From Specibacter sp. (GTDB taxonomy: Bacteria > Actinomycetota > Actinomycetes > Actinomycetales > Micrococcaceae), in NCBI GenBank assembly GCA_049578485.1, contig JBAUMA010000304.1:1-46987 (forward strand): a stretch of 46,987 nt of DNA, in the 5' to 3' direction. The translations under genes and the position numbers were made by a program. Shown here piece after piece: positions 20,833 to 28,592 of the stretch. Every line of letters starts with the position of its first letter. The first letter of the stretch is position 1. A model generated the notes under the pieces. The model was not told the origin of the DNA. It did not search any database and saw only the letters and a list, made by a program, of their open reading frames with translations.

Positions 20833-20959
20833 TATGCGCAACGTGGCCCGGCGTGACTTGCGCAGCTTGCTTTGTGGCGCAGTAGCGGAGGTCCGGCCCT
20901 GCGCATAGCGAAAGTCGGCTTAGGGTATGCGCAACGCGCCCGTAGAGGGATGCGCATAG
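20833..20959. repeat. Degenerate tandem array of about three palindromic units (TATGCGCA...TGCGCATAG), period about 46 nt
   Basis: TGCGCA at 20835, 20859, 20900, 20928 and 20951. TATGCGCAACG at 20833 and 20926. Confidence 0.6.
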
Positions 20960-21018
20960 TGAGCAGTGGCTGCACTATTGCATCGGGTGGACGCTACCGC
21001 GTGCGTGCGCTCCATGAC

Positions 21019-21756
21019 CTAGGCGGCGCCGCCGTTGGCGTACAGCACCTGCCCGTTGACCCAGCGAACCGGCCCGGCCAGTGCCGCGACCACTTCGGCG
21101 ATGTCCTCCGGGGTGCCAAGCCGTCCCATCGGGTTCAAGCCCGCAATCGTGTCGATGAGCTGCGCCGGTTTCCCCTCACGGAACAGCGGGGTGTCGGTGG
21201 GGCCCGGTGAGACCGCGTTGACGGTAATGTCGCGGCCGCGCAGTTCGCGGGCCAGAATCAGGGTCAGGGCCTCCACGGCGCCCTTGGACATCGCATAGGC
21301 CGCATAGCCCGGCTGCTGGAGCCGGGTGACGGTGGTAGAGAACGTCACGATCGCCCCGCCCGTGCGAACCCGGCGCGCCGCCTGCTGGGCGACCACCATG
21401 GTGCCGCGCACATTTATGCGCACAACCCGGTCGAACTCCTCAAGGTCCAGCTCCGTGACGGGTGCCAGCGGCATGATGCCGGCGGTGTGCACGACGACGT
21501 CGACCCCGCCAAACGCTTCTTCCGCCGCATCGAACAGCGCCGCCATGGCGGCCTCGTCCGCAACGTCGCCGCCGACGGCAATGGCCTGTCCACCCGCGGC
21601 GCGGATTGAAGCGGACACTTCCTCGGCCCGCTGCCGGTTGCCGCTGTAGTGCGCCACAACAGCCAGGCCGTCCGCGGCCAGGCGCTCGGCGACGGCGCGC
21701 CCGATGCCCCCTGAAGCGCCTGTCACGATTGCACTGCGGGTCTGTTTGGCTTCCAT
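21019..21756 (-). CDS. SDR family oxidoreductase
   Basis: TGASGGIG, YAMSK catalytic motif, NAVSPGPTDT and GRLGTPEDIA. ATG 21756 follows an AGGAG RBS. Confidence 0.92.
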   Translation of the reverse strand: MEAKQTRSAIVTGASGGIGRAVAERLAADGLAVVAHYSGNRQRAEEVSASIRAAGGQAIAVGGDVADEAAMAALFDAAEEAFGGVDVVVHTAGIMPLAPVTELDLEEFDRVVRINVRGTMVVAQQAARRVRTGGAIVTFSTTVTRLQQPGYAAYAMSKGAVEALTLILARELRGRDITVNAVSPGPTDTPLFREGKPAQLIDTIAGLNPMGRLGTPEDIAEVVAALAGPVRWVNGQVLYANGGAA

Positions 21757-21768
21757 TTCATCTCCTAT

Positions 21769-21820
21769 ATGAACTACCTGTACATAAATGAAGATAAGGC
21801 ATAATGGACAACATGTCCAT
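21769..21820. promoter_or_regulatory. Two 17-bp palindromic TetR operator candidates
   Basis: ATGAACTACCTGTACAT (21769-21785) and ATGGACAACATGTCCAT (21804-21820) are 13/17 identical and lie between the divergent SDR and TetR genes. Confidence 0.65.
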
Positions 21821-22430
21821 AAATATTGTGCCGGGCGCCGAACGCCCCCCACGGAGCGGCCGGGGCCGCAGGCCCACCGCCGAGGTGCGCAAAGGGGTCA
21901 TCGACGCCGCGGCGGCCCTGATGTTTGACCAAGGCCTGGCGGCCGTCACCTTCGACAAGGTGGCCGCCTTTGCCGGATCCAGCAAGACCACGCTTTACAA
22001 GTGGTGGCCCAGCGTCGGCGCCCTGGCGGCAGAGGCCTACTTTAGCCGCGTTGAGCACACTCTTGAGTTTCCCGACACCGGTGACATTGAAGCGGACCTG
22101 CGCAGCCAACTGCGTGCCTTTGTCCGGCTGCTGGCCGAGGAGGGGGGCGGCACGGTCATTGCGGAGTTGATTGGGGCGGCGCAAACCGATCCGGCCCTGC
22201 GCGAGGCGTTTTCGGCGTCGTACTCCCGGCCACGACGGGACTTGGCGATCACCGCGCTCCGGCGCGCCCGCGGGCGGGGCCAGCTCCGTGACGACATCTC
22301 CCTTGAAGTCATCGTGGACCAACTCTGGGGTGCCTGCTACCACCGCCTGCTCATCCCCGATGAACCGCTGACCGTCGAATTTGCCGACGAGCTGGTCCGC
22401 AACGCCATGCACGGCGCAGCCAAGCGGTAA
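21804..22430 (+). CDS. TetR/AcrR family transcriptional regulator
   Basis: HTH VTFDKVAAFAGSSKTTLYKWW and PDTGDIEADL C-terminal domain. The true start may be ATG 21813, 7 nt after CATAAT. Confidence 0.92.
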   Translation: MDNMSINIVPGAERPPRSGRGRRPTAEVRKGVIDAAAALMFDQGLAAVTFDKVAAFAGSSKTTLYKWWPSVGALAAEAYFSRVEHTLEFPDTGDIEADLRSQLRAFVRLLAEEGGGTVIAELIGAAQTDPALREAFSASYSRPRRDLAITALRRARGRGQLRDDISLEVIVDQLWGACYHRLLIPDEPLTVEFADELVRNAMHGAAKR

Positions 22431-22455
22431 CGATGCAGAGTGTCCCTGCCACGGC

Positions 22456-23466
22456 TCAGGCGAGGGGGGAGAGCGCCAGGAAGAACAAGGCGCCCAGGAA
22501 TGCGCAGGCGAACGGCGTTGCCACCCACATGGCCACAATGCGCCGCAGCAGCCGGCCGTTGGTCACGGAGAAGCGCTGGTTCTTCCCGGCCCCGGCAATG
22601 GCGGCGGTGACGGTGTGCGTGGTGGACAGCGGCAGCGCCAGGCCAATGGCGCCCACAAACAACAACGCGGCCCCGACCATCTGTGCCACGAACCCGCGCA
22701 TGGGATCAATCCGGACCAGGCGGTGCCCCAGGGTGTAGGAAATCCGCCAACCGCCAAACAACGTGCCAGCCGTCAACATCACGGCCGTGAAAATCGGCAC
22801 CCACAGCGGCACCTGCCCGGCCCCGCTCACGCCCGCGGCCACGAGCGCAAACAAGACAACCGCCGTCGTGCGCTGGCCGTCCTGCAATCCGTGGCCAAAC
22901 GCCACCGCGGCACCGGCCACCGACTGCATCTGGCGCGTGCGCCTGTTTACCAGGTTGGGGGCGGTGTTCCGGGCGGCCCAGGCGGTGGGGTAGACGGCCA
23001 CAAAACCAAGCACCCAGGCGATGATGGGAGAGACCACCAGCGGCAGCACCACCAGGGTCAACATCGTCGTGTTGATGCCCTGCAGCGGTGGGTGGCCGAG
23101 CATCAGTGAGCCCAGGGAAGCCCCCACGAGCCCGCTGATCAGGGCGTGCGTGGATGACGACGGGTACCCGCGCCACCACTGGTACAGCCCCCACAGGCAC
23201 GCGCCGGCCAGCCCCGCCAACAGCAGGATCAGCCCGTTGCGCCCGGGCGGCACGGTGAACAGCCTGTCGGCGAAGGCGCCGACGAGGGCCACGCTGAGCA
23301 GGGCGCCAACGCAGTTGAAGAGCCCGGCCAGAAGGACCGCGATGGTGGGGGTCAGGGCGCGGGTGCGCACGGAAAGGGCGACGGCGGTGGAGACGTCGCG
23401 GAAACCGTTCAGGAACGCAAAGATCGCCGCCGCGACGATCACGGCGCCGAGCAGGAACGCGAGCAA
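22456..23466 (-). CDS. pit: Inorganic phosphate transporter, PiT family
   Basis: FLNGFRDV, PSSSTHALISG, GHGLQDGQ, GGWRI and LPLSTTHT. TTG start 9 nt after an AAGGA at the end of the DUF47 gene. Confidence 0.88.
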   Translation of the reverse strand: MLAFLLGAVIVAAAIFAFLNGFRDVSTAVALSVRTRALTPTIAVLLAGLFNCVGALLSVALVGAFADRLFTVPPGRNGLILLLAGLAGACLWGLYQWWRGYPSSSTHALISGLVGASLGSLMLGHPPLQGINTTMLTLVVLPLVVSPIIAWVLGFVAVYPTAWAARNTAPNLVNRRTRQMQSVAGAAVAFGHGLQDGQRTTAVVLFALVAAGVSGAGQVPLWVPIFTAVMLTAGTLFGGWRISYTLGHRLVRIDPMRGFVAQMVGAALLFVGAIGLALPLSTTHTVTAAIAGAGKNQRFSVTNGRLLRRIVAMWVATPFACAFLGALFFLALSPLA

Positions 23467-23468
23467 GC

Positions 23469-24086
23469 TCAGGATTCCTTGACGATGATGCTGCCCACTT
23501 GCGTGGCAATGGAGCGCATCTTCGCGCTTCCGGCAGCGAGCTGGTCGGCCACGGTGCGGTACTTGGCAAAACTCGTGGGGCTGTGGTTCTCCAGGAGTTC
23601 CGCCACCAGGACCCTGTGCGTGTGGTCGGCCCGCTTGGCCAGTCGCAAGACCTCCAGCCAATAGTCCTCGAGGGAGTCCAGGTCGTTGAGCGCCTTCATG
23701 GCGCCGGCGGTCAGCTCCGCCTGCCTGGACAGGATTTCCAGCTGGTCCCCGGCGCGTTGCGGGATCCTGTCCAGGGCGTACAGCTCGATGAGTTCGGCCG
23801 CCCCCGTGAGGATTTCGCTGCTCTCATGGAGCAGCCGGCCCAGCGCGTACAGGTCTTCGCGGGGGAGCGGGTTGATGAAGCTGGTGCGCATGGTGGTCAG
23901 CAGGGTGGCAAAGTCTGCGGTGCAGGCGCCTTCGTGCTGGCGCATGGTCTCCGCCAGTGCGGAAAAATCCGTGCGGTGGGCCCCGAGCAGCTCGGCCAGG
24001 GTGTGGGTGCCGGCCAGGACCTGGCCGGCCATGCGGGCCAGGGTGTCCAGCCCCGCAGTCTCTTGGGGGAAGAATCGCAACTTCAC
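23469..24086 (-). CDS. DUF47 family (PhoU-like) Pit accessory protein
   Basis: MKLRFFPQE start, TSFINPLPREDLY motif and IIVKES terminus; immediately upstream of pit. Confidence 0.88.
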   Translation of the reverse strand: MKLRFFPQETAGLDTLARMAGQVLAGTHTLAELLGAHRTDFSALAETMRQHEGACTADFATLLTTMRTSFINPLPREDLYALGRLLHESSEILTGAAELIELYALDRIPQRAGDQLEILSRQAELTAGAMKALNDLDSLEDYWLEVLRLAKRADHTHRVLVAELLENHSPTSFAKYRTVADQLAAGSAKMRSIATQVGSIIVKES

Positions 24087-24121
24087 TTCAGGAGACCTTT
24101 GCTTGGGACGGATTCCGGGCA

Positions 24122-24219
24122 TAAAAGTGGTGTCGAACCGGGAGCGCCTCTCGGCACAGGGCCGCTCAAAGCGGCTAAAAAATGGAGCCCGGGGGTTCCG
24201 CAGTTCGACACCACTTTTA
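24122..24219 (-). ncRNA. Candidate structured RNA (small RNA or 5' leader of DUF47-pit)
   Basis: Perfect 17-bp closing stem (24122-24138 / 24203-24219) enclosing minus-strand hairpins GCCGCT-TTG-AGCGGC and GTGCC-GAGA-GGCGC. TTGACA on the minus strand at 24247-24242; a T4 run ends the 3' arm. Confidence 0.6.
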
Positions 24220-24307
24220 GTGTTCTACGTTGTGCCCGTGCTGTCAACCGGAGCCTGTGGGCAATGGTTTGGACAGGTGGCGAGGGTCACAAGATGTGGG
24301 CTGGATT

Positions 24308-24955
24308 TTAGTCCAGTTCACCCTTGCGCCAGGATGCGGCGGCGCCTTCGAGGTCTTCGGCGGTGCGCACCAGTTGGTGTGCCTTTTTGGTCAGGGCAGA
24401 GGCATGTTCCGGGTGGGCGGCCTCGCGGTCGTTGGCCACGATTGCCTGGCCCAATGCCACTACCCGGCAAAACGCGGCGGAACGTTCCAGCGCAACGTCG
24501 AAGTCGCCGTCGAACGCGCCGGACAGGATGGCGTTGGCCATGGTGGTGATTTCCTCGGCACCGGGCGGCTCGGCAACGCCGGCCACGGCGTTGGCCACCT
24601 GGGCCTTGTGCTGGCCGGCACGGAAGAACACGCTGATCCCTTCCGGGTCCTGCAGGGTGGCCGCACGCAGGGCATACAGCCGCCACAGGGCGCCGGGCAG
24701 GGATCGGGCCGGGCTGGCCGCCCACATCTCGGCAATCGCTTCAAGGCCTTGTTTGTCGGCGAGCTTGACGAGGCGCTTGGTGATTTCGGGGTCATTGCTC
24801 TCGCGGCCGTTATTGACCAAGGCGCGGGCAGCAAGGTGCGCGGCCTCGGACACCCGGGCGGGATCGGTCCCGCCGGCGAACGGCTCAAAGTCGGCCGGTG
24901 CAAAGGGCAGCGGCTTGTGCGGTCGGGGAGCGCGGTTGCCTGGTACGTGATTCAT
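24308..24955 (-). CDS. Conserved hypothetical protein of Micrococcales type
   Basis: GC-biased ORF with motifs DPARVSEAAH, SLPGALWRLY and GDFDVALERSAAFCRV. TAGTGT lies 6 nt before the ATG. Confidence 0.75.
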   Translation of the reverse strand: MNHVPGNRAPRPHKPLPFAPADFEPFAGGTDPARVSEAAHLAARALVNNGRESNDPEITKRLVKLADKQGLEAIAEMWAASPARSLPGALWRLYALRAATLQDPEGISVFFRAGQHKAQVANAVAGVAEPPGAEEITTMANAILSGAFDGDFDVALERSAAFCRVVALGQAIVANDREAAHPEHASALTKKAHQLVRTAEDLEGAAASWRKGELD

Positions 24956-25193
24956 GAGTCGACACTACGCCTGCTGCCCGGCGTGGTCGAGGTTGTGCGG
25001 GCACCGGGTCGCCGCCGGGGGACGACGCCGGCCGCCTTGGCTTGGGTGCCCGTGCGCCGGTGCTGGCCGGTGGCACCGCTTTTCCGCGCCGATCCGGGCA
25101 TAAATTGCAATCCGGGCCATGCCGTGGGGTAGTCTAATGTCCGGTAACTTTTCCGCGGAGGGATCTCTTTCCGCGTGAAGTTGTCGCTAGGTC

Positions 25194-25266
25194 GGGCCTT
25201 TAGCTCAGTTGGTAGAGCATCGGACTTTTAATCCGTGGGTCATGGGTTCGAGCCCCATAGGGCCCA
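25194..25266 (+). tRNA. tRNA-Lys (anticodon TTT)
   Basis: Acceptor GGGCCTT/AGGGCCC-A, D-arm TAGCTCAGTTGGTAGAGC, anticodon loop CT-TTT-AA and T-loop GGTTCGAGCC; 73 nt, CCA not encoded. Confidence 0.97.
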
Positions 25267-25273
25267 CCGCTTC

Positions 25274-25305
25274 AGGACCCCCTCACCAGTGAGGGGGTCC
25301 TTTTT
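25274..25305 (+). terminator. Rho-independent terminator after tRNA-Lys
   Basis: AGGACCCCCTCAC / GTGAGGGGGTCCT stem followed by a T run. Confidence 0.85.
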
Positions 25306-25719
25306 GATGCCGCGGTCAGGCCGCGTGCGGCCCGCCGGATGCCAGGGTCATGTCACTGTTGCGTTCCGTGGCCTTGAACCGGTCCGTGCTGTACGAGTTG
25401 GCACGCATGGTGTCGGGCTGCCGATCATGGCCAAAGGCAGTTAAAGCAACAGCGGGGGACCGGAGCCGGTCATGCCAACAATCACGAACGGGATCACTGC
25501 CAGGGCCACCCAAGAGAACGCCCCAGACTGTTCGCGTAGTTCGCAACAGGATGCGTGCATAGGGTGAATGCGGAATTCTGGCAGACCACGGCGGGCTCCT
25601 TGGCGGTGAGCTCATTCCCGGATTAAGTGCATGAGGCGGTGATACCGCTCGGCAGGGCTGGGAACGAGGGGCCGGACGATGGAATCCCGTACCCCGCTCC
25701 GAGGTGGCAAAATGGAGCC

Positions 25720-26553
25720 ATGACATCCCACGCCCCCGCCCTTGCCTTGACCATCGCCGGCTCCGAAGCGACTGGCGGCGCCGGTGCCCAGGCCGACCTC
25801 AAGACGTTCCAGGAGTTGAGCGTTTTCGGCATCGTGAACCTGACCTGCATTGTCTCCTTCGACCCCAAGGACAACTGGAACCACCGCTTTGTGCCCGTGG
25901 ACCAGCAGGTCATTGCCGAGCAGCTGGAGGCCACGACGGCGGCCTACGGCTCCGCGTCCGGCGCACCGACAGTGTTGGAGACCGTGAAGATCGGCATGCT
26001 GGGCAGCCCGGCCACCATCACCACCGTGGAAACCGCGCTCAAGGCGGCAAGCTTCAAGAACGTGGTCCTGGACCCGGTGCTGATTTGCAAGGGCCAGGAG
26101 CCCGGCCACGCGCTGGATACCGACCAAGCCTTGAAGGCACAGATCCTGCCGCTGGCCACATTTGTCACGCCCAATCACTTCGAGGCCGAATCGCTCTCCG
26201 GCCTCGCCATCAACAACATCGAGGACCTGAAGGCGGCCGCCCGCACGATCCACGAGATCAGCGGGGCCGCGGTCTTGGCCAAGGGTGGGGTAAGGCTGGA
26301 AGGTGCCGACGCCGTCGACGTTTTCTTTGACGGCGAGACCCTTGAAGTCCTCTCTGCTCCCAAGGTGGGCGAGGTGGCGGTTTCCGGTGCCGGGTGCTCG
26401 CTTGCGGCGGCTGTCACGGCGGAACTGGCCAAGGGAGCTACACCCCTGGAGGCGGCACGCACCGCCAAGGCGTTCGTGACCGAAGGCATCAAAAACCGCG
26501 TGGTTTCCGGTGCCCCGTTCACGGCCCTTTGGCAGGGCGGCGCCGGGGCATAA
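25720..26553 (+). CDS. ThiD-fold hydroxymethylpyrimidine/pyridoxal kinase (PdxK-like subgroup)
   Basis: LTIAGSEATGGAGAQADLKTF, VKIGML, DPVLICKG, TPNHFEA and GAGC anion hole. Confidence 0.88.
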   Translation: MTSHAPALALTIAGSEATGGAGAQADLKTFQELSVFGIVNLTCIVSFDPKDNWNHRFVPVDQQVIAEQLEATTAAYGSASGAPTVLETVKIGMLGSPATITTVETALKAASFKNVVLDPVLICKGQEPGHALDTDQALKAQILPLATFVTPNHFEAESLSGLAINNIEDLKAAARTIHEISGAAVLAKGGVRLEGADAVDVFFDGETLEVLSAPKVGEVAVSGAGCSLAAAVTAELAKGATPLEAARTAKAFVTEGIKNRVVSGAPFTALWQGGAGA

Positions 26554-26605
26554 ACGTCACGGCGGAGCTGTTGCCAGCACCGCGCCATTGTGCCAAGCTC
26601 GCTCT

Positions 26606-26941
26606 ATGAGTGACGAACCAGCTGCACAGACCGAAGCCTTCGACGCCGATGTGACCATGACCCGCAACGATTCCCAGCACAGGTATGAGCTGCACGAGGC
26701 GGACAAACTGGCCGTCATCATCGTGTTCCGCGACTTGCCCGGGCACATCGACCTCATCCACACGGAGACACAGGCCGGTTTTGAGGGTCGCGGGCTGGCC
26801 AAGGTCATGGCCAGGTACGCGCTCGATGACGTGGTGGCTTCCGGCAAGCGCATCATCCCGCATTGCCCGTTCGTTGCCCGGTACGTGGAACGGCATCAGG
26901 ACCTGTACCAGCAGTACACCGATCTCCCGGACGGGCAGTAG
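26606..26941 (+). CDS. Small GNAT N-acetyltransferase (YjdJ / Acetyltransf_CG type)
   Basis: DLIHTET...FEGRGLA...IIPHCPFV. Confidence 0.85.
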   Translation: MSDEPAAQTEAFDADVTMTRNDSQHRYELHEADKLAVIIVFRDLPGHIDLIHTETQAGFEGRGLAKVMARYALDDVVASGKRIIPHCPFVARYVERHQDLYQQYTDLPDGQ

Positions 26942-27703
26942 GTGGTGCGGGAGGTCGCGCTAGTCACCGGTGCGACCGCCGGACTGGGCGCCGAATTTGC
27001 CCAACAGCTGGCTCGTTCGCAGCATGACCTGGTGTTGGTTGCGCGCAACGTGCCCCGGCTCCAGGCCAAGGCGGTGCGCCTGCACCAGGACTTTGGCGTT
27101 CACGTAGAGGTGCTGCCGGCCGACTTGTTGACCGACGACGGCGTCGCTGCCGTCAGTGCCCGGCTGGCGGATCGCACCCGGCCGGTGTCGATCCTGGTGA
27201 ACAACGCCGGATTTGGGCTGGTCAAGCCGTTTGAGAAGAACACCATGGAAGATGAAGCGAACCAGCTGAAAATCCTGGCAACCACACCCATGTTCCTGTT
27301 GCACGCCGCCCTCGGGCCCATGCTCGAACGCGGCACCGGGCGCATCATCAACGTGGCCAGCGTTGCCGGTTTCATTCCCCGTGGATCGTACGGGGCAGCC
27401 AAGTCGTGGGCCATCAGCTTCAGCCGCTTCGCCAATCTGCGCTACGGCCCCCGGGGCGTTTCGGTGACGGCGGTGTGCCCGGGTTTTGTGCACACCGAAT
27501 TTCACCAACGCATGGGCGCGGACCTCAAACGCATTCCATCCTGGATGTGGCTGAACCCCGAACAAGTGGTGCGCGAAGGGCTGGCAGACAATGCAGCGGG
27601 CAAGGCCGTTTCCATCCCCTCCCGCCGTTACTCCACCCTGATTGCCCTCAGCAAGCTGGTGCCGGACAAGCTGGCTGCCGCCGCAGGCAACCGCGGCAGG
27701 TGA
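26942..27703 (+). CDS. SDR family oxidoreductase
   Basis: TGATAGLG, LVNNAGFG, YGAAK and VCPGFVHTEFH. Confidence 0.92.
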   Translation: MVREVALVTGATAGLGAEFAQQLARSQHDLVLVARNVPRLQAKAVRLHQDFGVHVEVLPADLLTDDGVAAVSARLADRTRPVSILVNNAGFGLVKPFEKNTMEDEANQLKILATTPMFLLHAALGPMLERGTGRIINVASVAGFIPRGSYGAAKSWAISFSRFANLRYGPRGVSVTAVCPGFVHTEFHQRMGADLKRIPSWMWLNPEQVVREGLADNAAGKAVSIPSRRYSTLIALSKLVPDKLAAAAGNRGR

Positions 27704-27712
27704 TCCCCAGCC

Positions 27713-27787
27713 CGTTGAGGGGACACATCACCCCCTGAAAACAAAGGGTTCCCTTGGGCTTAGGCGGGGTGATGTGTCCCCTCAACG
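27713..27787. repeat. Palindromic REP-like element, family A, copy 2
   Basis: Perfect 22-bp arms CGTTGAGGGGACACATCACCCC / GGGGTGATGTGTCCCCTCAACG with a 31-nt loop. Confidence 0.88.
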
Positions 27788-27939
27788 AATCCTGGCGGGT
27801 CAACGCGGCGTTAGGATTGCCGCCGCCACCGTATGGAAGCCGTCAAAATCGGCGCCGGCAGCCGCGCCCGGTGGTCCCATTAAAGACAGGGGATGGCGGT
27901 CATCGGGACCGCCGCACCGTCCTTATGGGAGACGTCGGC

Positions 27940-28569
27940 ATGAACAAGGTTGAAGACTCAACGCAGCAACTTTCGGGCCCGGCAGCGCCACCGTTTCATT
28001 CCGGAGGATTCGTGGCCGTGGACGACGCCGGTGAGTTCGGGTTTTATCCGTCCGCGGCAGCAGTTGTGGGGGACTTTGAATACACGGCCCAGGCCATTTG
28101 CATCGTGGACCGGGACGGCAGCGGCTACCGGCTGGTCATGGACGGGCAGCGCCACCTGTCGCTGGGCACAGCCCTTGGCCCGGTCGACTTCTCCTGGTTG
28201 CGGCAGGCATGGATGAAGGCCCAACGCGGCAATCCCAAGGAATACCCGCTGCGCCGGTTCTACCCCGTCGGTCGGGAAGGGCTGTTGGTTTCCATGTTTG
28301 AGACTTTGTACCTGGAACATGCCCTCGAGCCCGTCGCCTGGAACCTCGTGGTGGATGGTGCGGAGACCCACCCGCTCACACTGGCGGACATCGACGGCAG
28401 CCTTTCCGGCCGGCACGTGCTGGAGCAGGCACGCATCGAAGACCCTTTCGGGCACCTGTACCGCCCGGTCCGCGTGCCCGGGCACCACATCCAGGCACAA
28501 AACCGGCACGGGAAAGTCACGATTTTCATCGAGATTCCCGTGCCGGCTGCAGCCGTGAACGGCGTGTAG
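27940..28569 (+). CDS. Hypothetical protein
   Basis: 209-aa ORF with a GGAG RBS and globular composition; fills the gap between the SDR gene and proP. Confidence 0.65.
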   Translation: MNKVEDSTQQLSGPAAPPFHSGGFVAVDDAGEFGFYPSAAAVVGDFEYTAQAICIVDRDGSGYRLVMDGQRHLSLGTALGPVDFSWLRQAWMKAQRGNPKEYPLRRFYPVGREGLLVSMFETLYLEHALEPVAWNLVVDGAETHPLTLADIDGSLSGRHVLEQARIEDPFGHLYRPVRVPGHHIQAQNRHGKVTIFIEIPVPAAAVNGV

Positions 28570-28592
28570 GGGTTGACTTTATGCCGCTGCTT

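Noticed and set aside
20833..20959. Possible CRISPR array
   Set aside because: The units are short, degenerate inverted pairs rather than identical 23-47-nt direct repeats with unique spacers, and no cas genes are present.
22456..23661. Extended 401-aa PiT ORF
   Set aside because: The extension overlaps DUF47 in another frame. TTG 23466 with a properly spaced AAGGA gives a normal-length PiT.
25560..25719. TPP riboswitch upstream of the ThiD-like kinase
   Set aside because: No CTGAGA or other TPP aptamer core is visible, and the gene looks leaderless.
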